Shown: positions 1-14,369 of the stretch, one piece after another
Position numbering within the stretch: position 1 is the first letter of the stretch
How the letters are laid out: each line of letters starts with the position of its first letter
DNA from: the human T2T-CHM13v2.0 reference genome, Homo sapiens
Reading direction: 5' to 3' (one strand)
Assembly: GCF_009914755.1 (NCBI RefSeq)
Contig: NC_060942.1
Length of the DNA: 64,000 nucleotides
Notes under the pieces: model-generated
What the model saw: the letters and a program-made list of their open reading frames with translations, nothing else
Databases searched by the model: none
What the model was told of the DNA's origin: nothing
Translations under genes and position numbers: made by a program

Positions 1-90
1 GGCGGAGCTTGTGGTGAGCTGAGATAGTAGCGCCACTGCACTCCAGCCTGGGGGACAGAGTGAGACTCCATCTCAAAAAAAAAAAAAAAA
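1..90 (+). mobile_element. Alu 3' end (AluY-like), cut by window edge
   Basis: GGCGGAGCTTG...CACTGCACTCCAGCCTGGG...GAGACTCCATCTC followed by poly(A). Confidence 0.95.
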
Positions 91-374
91 GCATTTTACA
101 AAGAGAATGCTGGCCCTAAGTATTTTCGCATTTTCCAGTTTCCTTAAGTTGGAAGCAAAGCAAACCAGCCCTGGAATTCCTTCCTGAAGAAATTTGGAAG
201 TGACATTTGTGGGGATACATAGATAAGGAGTCATCTAAAATTAAAAAGGATTCTTGAAGTTTTCATGGCACATACAGTGCTGTCAGCTCTTTCTCAAGGG
301 TGGGGACTGAAAGGAGCTACATCACATTTGGGTAAAAAATGGAGTAAACTGCCAAGGCCTTCATTAGAGCATAA

Positions 375-548
375 GGTAGTATATTGTAGTTATTAAGCAG
401 GTGCCTGGAGGGGTCAGTCAATCCACGGTTTACTCATTACCTGGGGATAATATTAAAATATCTACCTAATATCCTATGAATAAAATGAGATCGTCCAAGT
501 AAAGTACATAGGAAATTGCCAGGCACATAAAATATACTTAATAAATGG
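375..548 (+). mobile_element. MIR SINE (degenerate)
   Basis: MIR-like head (TGTAGTTATTAAGCAG) and tail (TAAAATGAGAT...GCCAGGCACATA...AATAAATG). Confidence 0.6.
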
Positions 549-963
549 TTTATAGGGATGGCTCTATTAATTTTACAGAGAGTACATTTCTGACTTCATA
601 GTATAATTTGAGGAGCATTGAAAAACCTGTTGATCCAAGTATTTCCCTTTTCAATATTTCTCAGTGCTTTCCCCTACTCTTTTCATATTCGAAATCTTCT
701 CATTCCATGAGAACTAGCTATGATTTAACTTCCTAAGGTCAGGTACTGTGCTTCTTTTGCTTACCACTGTGCACCCAAGCCCTTCAAGGTGCACTTGACA
801 AATATTCCTGCTGAGTAGATGTATGTTAGTAACTTCATGGAAGCTGTAATCCATGTGTTCCAATCTCTGAGTGATGCCAGAGTTAAAGAAGGGTCTAATT
901 CCAAAATAATGGCAAAATAATAATATATTTATTTGCATTTCTTCAACAAATGGAAAAGGATAC

Positions 964-1314
964 TGCTATGGACTGAATGTTTATGTCCCCCCAAAATGTA
1001 TATGTTAAAGCCCTAAGTAATGGTTTGGGGAGATGGGTCCTGTGGGAGGTAATTAGGTCACGAGGGTGAACCCTCCTGAAGGGATTAGTGTCCCTATAAG
1101 AAAAGGAAGAGAGCAAACCCCCTCTCCCTGCTCTCTGCCATTTGAGAAACAAAAAGATGGTCATCTGTTTGCAGCAGGCCTTCACCAGACATTGCATCTG
1201 CCAGCACATTGATTTTGGAATTTCCAGCCTCCAGAAGTCTGAGAAATTAACGTTTGTTTTGTAAGCTACTCAGTCTACGGTATTCTATAGTAGTAACCTG
1301 AACTGGTTAAGATG
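964..1314 (+). mobile_element. MLT1A-type MaLR solo LTR
   Basis: Starts TGCTATGGACTGAATGTTTATGTCCCCCCAAAAT; typical CCAGCCTCCAGAA 3' part; 5-bp TSD GATAC at 959-963 and 1315-1319. Confidence 0.9.
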
Positions 1315-2259
1315 GATACAAAGTTTACAAAATACTTCTTAAAACGTTACTTTTTTTTTTTTTTTTCCTCAATTAGCTTCTCTCACAAAAGACAGCAACT
1401 CTTATATCTTTTGCGGATTTTTCAAATCAGGCTTTCTTCATTCCTAATCCAATGTATCTTTATCTATGTCTCTTTCTTTCCCATTCTGTACCATAAACCC
1501 TGGAAGAGCTTGCCTGGTAAGACAGAACCCTCATTATAGGTCATGAGAGGTTAAAAAAAAAAAAAAAGAAAGAAAAAGAAAAATCTCAGTGCAAAGCCAA
1601 ATCTTCCTTAATCTTCCTTTAGTTGACAGTGAGGGAAAGCTGGAGACATTTATATGACAATGTATTGTTGTTGATTTTGTTAACTGAACAGTTTTTTAAT
1701 TAAAAATTAATTTTTAATTGAAAAAAACACTTAACTCTTTTCTTATACCCAGAAGCAATTGACATATGTGAAAAGTCCTTGAAAATTAATCATTCACTGC
1801 TTTTTGACAGATCTATTTTTGTCTTTACATGTTACTTAGATCTTTTATTTTACTTAACATTTGTCCATTATGTCTTTTCTGCCCAATTAATAGATTTTTA
1901 AGAAAATTTATGTATAATACCTAGCATGGTATTTTATACATAACAAGTGTTTAGAAATATTTGTGGAGATACTTTGAAAGACCTAGTTATAAAACAAATT
2001 TTATCTAAGAGGGATTTTATTCTGAGCCATTACTAGCCATTATACTGATAAATTATTTTATTATATAAATGCAAGGTGTTTAAGAAGGGATGCTTGAGGC
2101 TGAGGACATGGGGTAATAAAAACAAAACAGGGTGAGGCAAGTTAGGGAGTGTGGCTGGGAGTTGAGAGATCACTGGGTTAGAACTTGCCAGAAAGAAGGA
2201 AGATAATGCCAGTAAAGAAAAGAGAGAGGCCCATTAGAGTAATATAAAGTCTTTTAGAT

Positions 2260-2540
2260 TGTATTACTGTTCCATACAATTTTCTCCTTCCCTCTTCTTG
2301 GTGAGCAGATTATAATTTCCCACTCCACTGCCTTTTTCATATGGCTTACTTTGGCCAATGAAATGTGAATAAAAAGGATATGTTTTGCTTCCAGGCAAAT
2401 CTTCAAGAGACATTAAGGGATTCCTCTATTGGTCTTTTCTCTTTGCTATGAGACTGGGCTGATCCATATGGGGCCTGCTCCTTCAGGTTTGTCTCAGGAG
2501 AAGATGTAGGGAGAGCTGAAGCTACCCAGCAAGTACTTAA
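2260..2540 (+). mobile_element. Old MLT1 (H/I/J-like) LTR fragment
   Basis: ACTTTGGCCAATGAAATGTGA...CTTCCAGGCA matches the recalled MLT1H-J core. Confidence 0.6.
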
Positions 2541-3344
2541 TAATGTTACATTTAAAAAATAATGTTTTCTAGAGAGATATTTGTGCATGGATCACTCCCT
2601 TGGTTTAAGCAAATTTGTTTTACAAAAATGGAACCAAAGATAGGCATAGCATTCTCCAACTTCCGGAGATAATCTGCAATTACCTGTATTAAAAATATGT
2701 AAATAAAAAGATATAATGAAAATGTTGATTGTGTATCTATAAAGAAAACAATGATAAATTATGAAAATTTCTTTTGAAGATATTCTACTTCAAGTTATAG
2801 AGTATATGGAAAGAACTGTAAATCATTATCTAGGATTCTGGAATGTAAAGTATTCAAAGCAGTCAATATTTTTTAAGGTAATGATGTATTCCCTCTCATT
2901 CCTGAACAATTTTGATTTTTAAGAATAATCAGGAAAACCTCCTGTTTTTGAACCTGTACAGAGTTGCATAGATGTTGGCCATTTTGAGGAAAACATCTTT
3001 TGTCCTTTGCAAGCAGCCTGCACTTGCAAATCATTCACCAGAAATCAGAATAGTAGCTGAGACTGTTGAACTTCCTCTGATGCAATTAGTGGACAGAGAG
3101 TCATTAGTGTAGCTCTAGACATAGGCAATTGCCCAGACTTTAAACTGTTTTGGAGGCAGCTTTTGGGTCAGTAGAAGGAACAGTATCACTCAAGCTAGCC
3201 CAAGTGGTCTCTAGCTGTGTCTCCATGAGTGCAGAATTATTTTTTTCCCCTCTGTAGTAATTATTATTAGATTCTACCAAGAAATGTTATTTTCCCTAGT
3301 TTATAATAGTTAATATTTATGAAAAATTTTCCATAGGTCAGCAT

Positions 3345-3850
3345 ATCAACTGTGATTCCTTTGGTTACAAGTAATAGAAATCCCAACCCAAGTTACTCAG
3401 GTACAGAGAGAAATTTATTGCATCATGTAATCAAACTTGAGCGTTAACGGAGGACTAGCTGGCTTTGAGGATGATTCAGACCAAAGATCAGCACTCTCTT
3501 CTTCTCCCACCTCCACCTCTTTCTGTATATTGTCATCATTTTTCTTACTGTGATCTGGCTTCTTCCATAGGCTGTTTGGAGCTCATATCTTTCCAGCTGT
3601 GACCAGTAATTCCCAGTTTGCCTGAGACTTTCCTAGTTTCACTGCTGAAAATCCTGCATTCTGAGAAACCCCTCAGTCCTGGGACAACCTGGACAGGTGG
3701 TCATCAGAGAGGACAGGGGCTTTTTCCTTATTATGTAGTTCAAATATGGTCTAATTTTGTCTCAATTTGTTCCTCTGTGGCTAGAAAGTCACTGTGGCTA
3801 GAAAGTGAGGTACTATGGTTAAACCAGCTTAGATCAGGTGCCTCCTGGAG
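3345..3850 (-). mobile_element. Old MLT1 (K/L-like) LTR, interrupted by MER81
   Basis: TTGGTTACAAGTAATAGAAATCCCAACCCAAG...AATTTATTGCATCATGTAA is the antisense MLT1K/L end; right boundary approximate. Confidence 0.55.
3595..3707. mobile_element. MER81 hAT MITE
   Basis: GTGACCAG..CCCAGTTTGCCTGAGACT...AAACCCCTCAGTCCTGGGACAACCTGGACAGGTGGTCA; ~110 bp with degenerate terminal inverted repeats. Confidence 0.75.
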
Positions 3851-5814
3851 GCTCTAATGAATCATTTATCCATTTTCAAATTTCTCAAGCCTGTTTCAAA
3901 GCACTTGCCTCCTGGAAGTAAGGGAAGCAGGGTGTGTAACATGATGGCATCTTCCATTCTAACACTTGTCAAATGACAAGTGTGGGGCAAACCTAACATT
4001 CACTGTTGACTAGAGTTTGACACAAAGCTAAGTGCTGCATCCAATGTAGTCTTTAGCAACCCTGTGCAGAAAGTACTCTCATTATCTCACTTTTACAGAT
4101 GAGGGAGCTGAGATTTCTTCAAGAGGCAATGAGACAACAAATGAAACCCTTAACACCCTTATAATTCTTTCTGGCTAGCTGGTTCAGTACTAACTCCTAG
4201 TTTGTTGTTGTTTATTTTGTTTTGTTTTTAAGATTTTCTCTCATCATGCACTCATCTCTTTCTCCCTTGAACTTCCATGGCACTGATTTAGATTTTTAAA
4301 TTATAGTTTTACTACTCATATGCCTTTTTGCTTAAAAATAGTGTCTCCTCAAGAAGCTTCTATTCTACGTTCTTTGAGAGCAGATTCTACATGACCCATC
4401 TCTTTGATCATTCTGTTTGTTTGTGAGTGTTCATCTTATGTCCTACATGATAATTCTGTGTTTTTTTCTTAACCTTGCACCTAGTTTTTTTCCAGTTGTG
4501 TGTGTGTGTGCATTTATTATACTTAGAATCTTGTTGGAATTTAGATATTTGTAAATTAAAATGACTTTTATTTTTAGCATCTTTTTTTATTGCTTGGCCT
4601 TAGGCATGGTGACCATTAAATGTGCAACCTAAATGTGTGCAACAATTGCAGAAAAAGCCTGACATGATAATTAAAATAGAATCAGCACCACTTACTCTGA
4701 AGTTAAGTAAATGGGAGGCATAATGTAGACCAGGCGGGGATAAAAAACAGTGCAACTTCAGAAAGATATTTAAAGGCTACTTATAAATGCTTAAGCAAAA
4801 TGAGAAATCTGGGAAAAGTTTTTATGCTAAATGTTTGCAGAAATTAGAATATTAAAGGAATATTCATTAAAAAGTCACTTGGAAAAATGCTGATTTCCAA
4901 CCTGCTTACATTTTTTAGTGTCCTATAATTTATTTTTAGATGACATGTTTTGTTTTTAAATCTAAAAAGCAAGTGTTTTAAAATAGATGTGTGAAATTTG
5001 AAGATGAATAAAAAAATAGTAAGGATTGTCAATTATAAGTTGTTACTTGAGGCCAGTTACTTCACTTCTCTGAGGCTCAACTTTGTTCTCTGTAAAGTGG
5101 TGGTGATAAAGTTGGGCCCAAACAACCTAGTGTTGTATCTTCCCACTCTAACAGTTTTTGTTTTTTTATTTTATTTCTATTGTTGGATTCTTACATTCAT
5201 TATAACTGGACCAAAACCTTTATAAGAATATTAAGCACTGTTTACTGAAGACAAGACATGATAAAAATAGTTGGCATTTTAGGCCTTGACTAGATGAAGT
5301 TTATTAATTTTATCAAATATGAATTTTAGATAGCCATATGTATAATTCAATTAAAAAGTGATATTAATATTCTCATATAGATGAAGTCTAAAATAGAGGC
5401 AAAAATAACAGAAACATTCTATGGTTAAGGATAATTTGATGGACTTTTAGGTTTCATGATTCATACTTCCCGCCCATAATTTAAAATTATGGGAATAATT
5501 ATTATCTTAAAATATGAAACCAGATACCTTGTTTTGTTCTGTTAAGAGAAGTCTACCTATATGCAAGGTGCTAGCTTACCTTCTTGGTTTTCTTTTAACC
5601 AGGATCTTTCTAAATTTGACATAGGTTTAGTTAAGTAGGTTAGATAGAGGAATTTCATTGTTTCTGGAAAGGTAACTCATGAAATTCAGTACCTTTCATG
5701 AGATATAATTTTAAGCCCTGCATAGAACCTAGTGTAGTTCTGGGGTCGTGATATATACTTCAATATGGTTGACTCAAAGACAATCCTTTATCCTAATATG
5801 TCATACCTGCTCCC

Positions 5815-6300
5815 AATGTTTGCGGCATCCAGGGAAGAATAAAAATGGAAGCTTACATTCCATATGTCTAAATATTTAAGAGTTATACATCAAGATAGTG
5901 AATTGTTGAATCTAATGCATTCTGTTTTCTCCTTCCTTGGCTAATATATCTTTATAATAACCTGGAATGACAGGTTTGAGTTTAGATACCTGAACACACC
6001 CCTCTGGCCTAAGACCACATCTTTGGCTTCCCACCCATGTCTCTGTTCTGCACTCTGAGGTACCTTATATGGGCATCAGTAAATGCCCCAGATTAAGCTT
6101 TACCTATACCCTTCCCACAGCCTTCCTGGAGCAATCCCTTTGGCCCAAGGGCATCTACACCAGTCACTCAATCTACCCTGAATCGAACAGTACAGAGAAG
6201 GGGTTCTTGAATAGGATTCTGGGGAATGTGGGCTCCAGGTAGACACATCCCCTTGGGTTTCTGTGGAGGGCATGGCTGGAGAAATGCTCCAGTATGACTG
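5815..6300. mobile_element. hAT-Tip100-type DNA transposon relic (MER115-like)
   Basis: AAATGGAAGCTTACATTCCATATGTCTAAATATTTAAGAGTTATA...ATAACCTGGAATGACAGGTTTGAG resembles the recalled MER115 consensus; extent uncertain. Confidence 0.45.
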
Positions 6301-6664
6301 GAGAGGCATCTTTTGCTTGATTCAGACGCTTTCAGTTATGATAAAAACTCAGGGAACCATATTAGAGGAATCCACAAGGATAATTTATTTCAAGTTTACC
6401 GGGAAGACTCAAGGGCAGGAATGTGTTAGGTGTTGGGACCAAGGACAGAATCTCCCTTTTCTCTTGATGCTGTGCCTCTGTGCTTTAGTCTGTCTCCCTG
6501 CAGGTAGTTTTTCTAGGTCACATGGCTGGAAATCTGAGCACAGGCTTTTCCTAGCTGTACCTGTTTTAGTCTGAGCAACCAAAAATATGCTTTTATTTCT
6601 CATTCTAAAATTCTATGGCAATGAGTTTGCTCTTCTTGGGCCAGGTTGCTTATCCTCAACAAAT

Positions 6665-7087
<423 letters not shown>

Positions 7088-7784
7088 TTATATTGTAATT
7101 GGAACTCTGAGCTAATTCTTGTAAGAAAAATAAAGAATATGCAACAACTTAACCATCCTTTGCTTTACATTTGGCTTTTCCAGCACCCTCATGGAGAAAG
7201 TCCTTTCTGTTTAAGTATTTGAGGGCTTCATAAGATATATCAAAAAGCCACCTTAATTCTTTGTTATTTAAATCTTTCTTTTCTGAAGCACTTATTCTGT
7301 CTCTCTGTTTTTTTTTTTTTCTCATTTTTGTTGTTAACTAGTTTAACTCTATACTGATTTTTCAAGGGCTTTTGTGTGTTCTAAGTGGTTTTCTATGATC
7401 ATTTTCATAGACCTCAGGAAATCTTGAATCTTCTGCAAAATGTATGATTTCACTTTGCAGTCATTTTGCATTCCATATTCATATATGAATGCAGTGCAAA
7501 TAAACAAGAGACACCTACCAGAGTGGTAGAGCAGGAAGGATGGGTAGGCTAGGTTTAAGAACTGTGGGGAGGTAAAAGGATATACTTGTGTAGATAGTTG
7601 GCTTATTAGTAAATCTTTTCATGTTTTAAATAATTTTTTCCTCCCTAAAATGTCATTACTGTGGGAATCAGATAATAAATTTTCAGCAAATGAGGACCCC
7701 TGAATAAACACGTGACTAAGAGTCGGATTTTTTGGTGGGGGAGGAATTCTAACAGTTTTGGGTATGGCTCTACCAATCATTTGT

Positions 7785-7935
7785 GGTTTCCTTCCATGCA
7801 AGGAACTTCTCTCCAGTCTGTAGTTTCCTCCTCTATAAAATGGGGTGAAAAGCCTCCTTCTCACTGTGGAGTTGGAAAAATTAAAAGGGAAAATTATCTG
7901 GCACTAGTGTTTTCTCAGTAAATGGAAGCTATTTG
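7785..7935 (+). mobile_element. MIR fragment
   Basis: Core-like AGTTTCCTCCTCTATAAAATGGGG and tail CTCAGTAAATGGAAGCTATT. Confidence 0.6.
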
Positions 7936-7944
7936 ATTGAGACA

Positions 7945-8300
7945 CATTTCTGGTCCTCCTAGGAGCTTAGTTAGTTTAGAGGGGATAAAAACATGTACAG
8001 TTAATTACAACATACCGTGAAAAATGCAATAACAGAGATTTACAATGGCCATTCAACAAACCTTTAGGAATGATAAGTCATCCAGGAGAGGGGTGTCAGA
8101 GACGGCTTCCTGCTGGGGTGATACCTGAGCTGATATCTAAGGCACAGAAAGAGTTATCCGGATGAAAGAGGGTGGGGAGGCACTGCTAAGAGAAGGGGTC
8201 CAGACCAAGGCCCACTAGGAGCAAAGGCACAGGAGTGACACGGAACCCACATTCAGACAACTGCTAGCAGGTCTTTGAGGCTGGAGTCAGATGAAAAGGC
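7945..8300 (-). mobile_element. L2 LINE fragment
   Basis: GGAGCTTAG..TAGAGGGGA...GTCAGAGACGGCTTCCTG..GGTGATACCTGAGCTGA is typical antisense L2 3' region. Confidence 0.6.
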
Positions 8301-8509
8301 AAGATGCAACAATAATTCTTTGTAATTTTATTTGTGGGGAGAAATGAATTTCAAGTTACAAATATCTATTCACAATCAACAAACTTGCAACTAACTACCT
8401 TATAAGTTATATTACCTTATGATCATGTGAACATCTTACCTCCCCAAACACCAAAAAATATAATATAATTCCTAATTTAATACACTCTGGTATTGGTATG
8501 GTTAAATAG

Positions 8510-8862
<353 letters not shown>

Positions 8863-8894
8863 TAATGTACACTTACATTTTCAGATATGAGCTT

Positions 8895-9055
8895 CACCAT
8901 AACCTTGTCAGGCAGGTGAGTTAACCATTAGTTTCATATTACAGATTAGAAAACCTAGACTTACCAATATTAAGTGATTTCCCCAAGGACACAATAAGCA
9001 TAGTGCTAAGACAGGATCAGGTTCTTCTGAGAACTGGTTGAGTGCTGTTGCTTTT
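8895..9055 (-). mobile_element. MIR
   Basis: CATATTACAGATTAGAAAAC...TTAAGTGATTTCCCCAAGGACACA antisense MIR core. Confidence 0.65.
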
Positions 9056-9065
9056 TCCTCTGTAA

Positions 9066-9310
9066 CAATGGTGAACAGGCCTTTTCTGTAAAAGGCCAGA
9101 TTGTACACATTTTAGGCTTTGTGGGCCATATGGTCTGTGTCACAACTATTCACCTCTGCTGTTGTAGCATGAAAGCAATAATACACAATGTAAAAATAAA
9201 ATAAAAGCAAACAGGCATCACTGTGGTCCAATAAGCTTTTTTTTTTTTTTTTTTACAAAACGAGGATGTGGGCCAGATTTAGCCCACAGGTTACAGTTTG
9301 CCAACCCCTG
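9066..9310. mobile_element. MER58A hAT-Charlie MITE
   Basis: TTTTCTGTAAAAGGCCAGAT...TTTAGGCTTTGTGGGCCATATGGTC...ends AGTTTGCCAACCCCTG. Confidence 0.9.
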
Positions 9311-10149
9311 CCCTATTAACATTCTACAATTTTTTTTGCTATATTAAGTAGTGGAGAATTTTAGGTATGTGGCTCCAATACATTTTTAATGTTTATTCAT
9401 CCCTAGTGTCTTCTATCTGGATAGCACTTATTGTGTTAGTATCACAATCTCCCCTTTGTTCTCTCCTCCATAAAGATCACCTATCTCTGGAATAAGCAGG
9501 ATTTTTTTTCCCATTAGTTCCTGGGTCAGTTCCTACAGAAACAGGATCTTCTTTTCTCACTAGTGTTTTCACAATCTCTTTCAGCTGCCCCTTCGTGTTC
9601 TCTACCTTGCTTCTGATTATTGCCTGGAATTTGAAGGTGTCCATTCTCCCTATGGCTATTGTTATATTGGCTTCCACGGAAAGAACATAGAGAGGAGTTT
9701 CTGTACACAAGCCTCGGTTTCCCAAAGCGCCATTGCCACAGGCTGTCATGGATAACAGATTTTACTGAAGGAGCCTCACTTCCATCCCTTATGACAAACT
9801 ATCATGTAGGGAAATCCCACTTTTCCTTTAGGAAACTCCCTCACAGGGGCTGTTCTCTCACCACTGGGCCTGTTCTCACCACTGGGCCTAGCCTCCTTCT
9901 GCTTCCAGGACAGGTTGCAGCATACACACTGCAGAGCCTGTGCTATTCAGCCTGGAGTAATACACACCTGGCCACATGCATCCAGGCTCCTCTCTCTCCC
10001 TTGCCCTCAATGTCTCACCAGCCAGTGAATTCTCTTGCTGTCACTGACTTAATTAGCCCTCATTCTCTCTCATCTGGAATACTGTCTCCTTCTCACCAGC
10101 CTACAGGCCATTTTTCATTATTCTCTCATTGGTCTGGTCTTCCCACCCC

Positions 10150-10310
10150 TCACAACCTGAGTCATAGTTTCTAGAAGCAAATCTGATCACATCACATCCC
10201 TACTCAAAATTCTATACATCGTCACTTTTACCCACAGCATACAATGCACATTTGTTAGCTTCACTCAAGGCCTTTCAAAATCTGGCTCTATTCTTACTTT
10301 CTTTCTTCTC
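10150..10310 (+). mobile_element. L2 fragment
   Basis: GCAAATCTGATCACATCAC.CCCTACTCAAAA...CAAGGCCTTTCAAAATCTGGCTC sense L2 motif. Confidence 0.6.
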
Positions 10311-10553
10311 CCACCCCTAACTGAAATAGGCCTTCTCTTTCTACCATATATCTAATAACTCCCCATTCAGGAGAGGCCTTTCCTCGAACTCATGCCTTTA
10401 AAAACCCTTTTCCTAAGCTAGAAACATGGGTGGACAATCTGCTTTCTTCTCTACTACAATTAAAATATGGTAAATATCACTATTTAGCAGCAGTAGGCCT
10501 GGATAGGATGGTAAGGTATTGATGCTGTCTCTTCCAAACACCTATCCTAAACA

Positions 10554-10576
10554 CCACACACACACACACACACGCA

Positions 10577-10613
<37 letters not shown>
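10554..10613. repeat. (CA)n microsatellite with CG interruptions
   Basis: ~60 bp of alternating purine-pyrimidine, including CACGCGCGCACA. Confidence 0.97.
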
Positions 10614-10797
10614 TACGTAGACATCAGTTTGGCCTAAAATATGCTAACCACGCCACATGATGTTTAGAAGAAGAAATGGCTTACATACATGATTTGTACA
10701 GATTGACTATTACCTATGATTACCCTCATTAGATAATTCCTCAACTCCATTGTAACTGCCTAGAAACACATTATCTGCTATTAGAAAAGTATTGTCT

Positions 10798-11122
<325 letters not shown>

Positions 11123-13499
11123 TTAATTGCTGAGTCTATGAAATTCATCACAAAATAAGATTGTGTTGACTTGGTGGTTTTCCCTCCCTCCCCTCATCAC
11201 TCCTTTCCTTGTTTTCTTACTGTTTTCTTCCCTCTGTCTTCTTTCTTCCCCAATTTCACCAGTTTTGAGTTTCTCCTAGATGCACATTGTTCTTTTGGTT
11301 GTGAAAAATTCGAAGAAGTAGATGTGGTCCTGGTTGATGGATGAACATTGAGGCCCTCAAGTGCATAAAGGTAAGGAAAAGATGATAAAAGAAGCTATGT
11401 ACTTGATAGAATAAGGGTTGGAGAGGGTCGGAGGAGAGAGAGAATGCTTCTGAGAAGCAATTATGGGCTTAAAGCAGAAGCCTAGAGAATAAATAGCATT
11501 TCAGTCAACAGAGGGCAGAGAAGTGCAGCTTCACACAGGAGGGGCACTGCGTGTCATCGGGGGCAGTAATGTGATGTGTGTTTGGGATATCAGTTTAGTG
11601 ATGTTTAGGGAGAGATGTAAATTTGAATCAATCTGGAATTTGTATTGTAAAGAGTAGGTATGTGATATTCAATTTTTCTATACATAAGCATATCAGGAGA
11701 GATATTTTCTTTGTTTTTGAAATTGTACTTGAGCTCATTCCTTAATCCAGGAGAGATGAGTAAAAATCTTCCTCTGGTTTTCATTTATTCATCAAGAACT
11801 ATTGATTGAGTGCCCATGTTTATCAAATACTGTTCCTGGCTCTGTTTACTTAAGATTGTGCATCAGACTTAAGTATGAATAATATGTGAGATTATGGATT
11901 AAATCTGCAAACCTGTATTTAACTCTGTTTTCACATTTCCACATACTACTTAAATGAGAGCTTTCCAGGCCATCCATTATTGAGGTTACCACTGCCTTGA
12001 CTAAAGATAAAGAAGAAACATTCAAAACTTGGTTTTATTATATGAGCTTTACTAATCGAATGGATTTGTGAAGTTATCTACCATCTATTTTAATCATGAA
12101 GGATAATAGCTGTCACACGCATCAATGTCACATTTATTTTGTTATGGCAGAGTACAGAAGTAAACTGACTTATTTTCCCTAGAGTTTTTGCACAAAAGGG
12201 ACATGGTTAGCTGCTCCTAACTGAACTGCATTAATGGATCATTCCTTATATGTATCCTAGCAACACTGAAAACAACCTAATAACTGCCCAATTCTCCTCA
12301 TCAGCAGACTGTGCAGTTTTCCCTGTGTTCACAGACACAAGGTCATTGCCAAATCTCCAGTTGACTATATACTATTTGAAATGATTCAATTACATTTTCC
12401 CAATTAAACAAAGGTAAAAAAATGATCAGGAAGTAATCATGTGTCCTAGGAAATAGTGTGTGTGGGAGATTGTGAGGAATATTTGTTTCAATTATTATCT
12501 TGTGATGAAGAGGTTTGATCCAAGGTTAATCATCTTCTGCTTAGCTTCATCCTTCCACTTGGCTAGGTGCCTGCCTGGTTCCAGGAGAGCTGAGCGAGAC
12601 TGGGGGACAGATGAGACTGGGGATGGTTGAGTATGGGTCTTCTCTTTCTACTGTTTTCCATTTATTTGTGGAATGGCACCTGGCACTTTAAATAGCATCT
12701 TTAATCAGCGTGACTTAAAGTGCTTTCCAAATAGATGCATTATCCTTATTTTATAAACAGAAAAAGACAGAGAGACAGTTACGTGACTTGCCCAAGGTCA
12801 TAGAAATGACAGAAGAGCTGGAAATAGTCCTCAGAGTATTGCCACACAATATCAAATCAAGGGTGTCCTGATGAGATGCAGTGGAGGCCAGGGAGTCACA
12901 GGACTGGTTTGCTGCTAGCTAGTTATGTGTGACGGAGCACAGTACTCATGCTCTCTGGCTTTGGTTTTTCTTATTTTTAGAACTAATAGGGGAAAGGTTT
13001 TCTCTGAGATTCATGCTAGCAATAAATTTCGATGTCATGGTTTCAGAAATATCTACCTCTTCACTTTTGAGATAATGGTAATTTGGCAGAGCTCAATTGA
13101 CATTTACCTCTGTGTTTTTTTTTTTTTTTTGAAAGAAGAGTTTTCAAGTAAATGACAGTTTTAATTAAAGAAAAAAAAAAGCCCCCTTGTTTTGCACCCT
13201 TGGTGTCACTAATTAGAGGCAAGTGAGTTTATTCAGTAACATTGTCTCGGGAGGTCTAGCTGGTGTTCTATTGTCCGTACATTTTTATTTATTTGGCACA
13301 TTTTGTATTGAATACTATATTCAAAGCCTATGTTAGGTGCTTTTGGAATGCAGAAGTGAGTAAAATACAATCCTTGCTCTCTATGTCCTTAGAACCAGTA
13401 GGAAAGGATTATTTTTTTAAAAACCAACTCATTAGAACCCAAGGAATAATTCAATAGCAGTGAAATAAGTTAAAACTAGAGGATTGAGGCAATGCCCTG

Positions 13500-13680
13500 A
13501 TAAAAATGGAATTTTGGAGTCAGGAAAGTTGGATTTGAATTTCAACTCTACCATTTATTTGGGCAGTATATAGCAGCTCATATAGATTCCATAAACTTTG
13601 GTTTTTATCATCTGTAAAGTAAAACTAATAATAATGCCTACCTCATGCAATTAAATGACATAATTGATGTGAAAATTTTA
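13500..13680 (+). mobile_element. MIR
   Basis: TTTTGGAGTCAG...TTTGAATTTCAACTCTACCATTTA...TCATCTGTAAAGT..ATAATAATGCCTACCTCAT. Confidence 0.75.
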
Positions 13681-14369
13681 TGCTAGATAAATTTATGTAT
13701 AAAAAAGAATTAAGGACTGGGAACTAGAAGAAAATCTAAGAGGGATGGTATTTGAATGACAACTTGAAATCTCAGATAAATGTCAATAACTGAGAAAGGA
13801 TCAATGAAAATTAACACAGTAAAAAGCCACACAAATGAGCAAAGGCCTAGGGACATTCAAGAATCTACAGTTGGTAAAGATGTTCACTTCTACAGTTGGT
13901 GAGGTTACATGCTTTTAAAAACAATCACTCTTATTTTCAAGCATTTCATTATAATGACTTTTTACTAATTCAGTTTGACCTCTAAGAGTAAAAACCTATG
14001 ACGTTTTATTATATGTGGTATGACTATAAAGCTATAAAACTAATTTTCATGTGCAGCCTAACACCCCACAGATAACTTTAAAGTCACATTCAAAATAAAC
14101 TATTTGTTATTCTTGTGTAGTTATTTACTTTCTGGAGTACCCATTTCAATACTTTCTTACTTTTCTTTTTGTATTTCCCTAGACCCATTGGGAAAATCAC
14201 GTTGAGGGTGTTGGCTTATTATTTCTTTGCCTCCTCTTTGCCCTATGTAAACTGAAAAATGATACATGTATTCTTGGAGTGCTTTTTGATGAATAGAATT
14301 TTGACAGGGTATTCCAAAAAGTATCTTTCTCAAAATAATTTGGTTTTGAGGAATTTAAAATCTGTCTAG

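Noticed and set aside
9659-10174. Longest ORF (171 aa) as a gene
   Set aside because: Non-ATG start, Ser/Leu/Pro/His-biased, no recognisable domain, runs through a local tandem duplication and into L2-like sequence.
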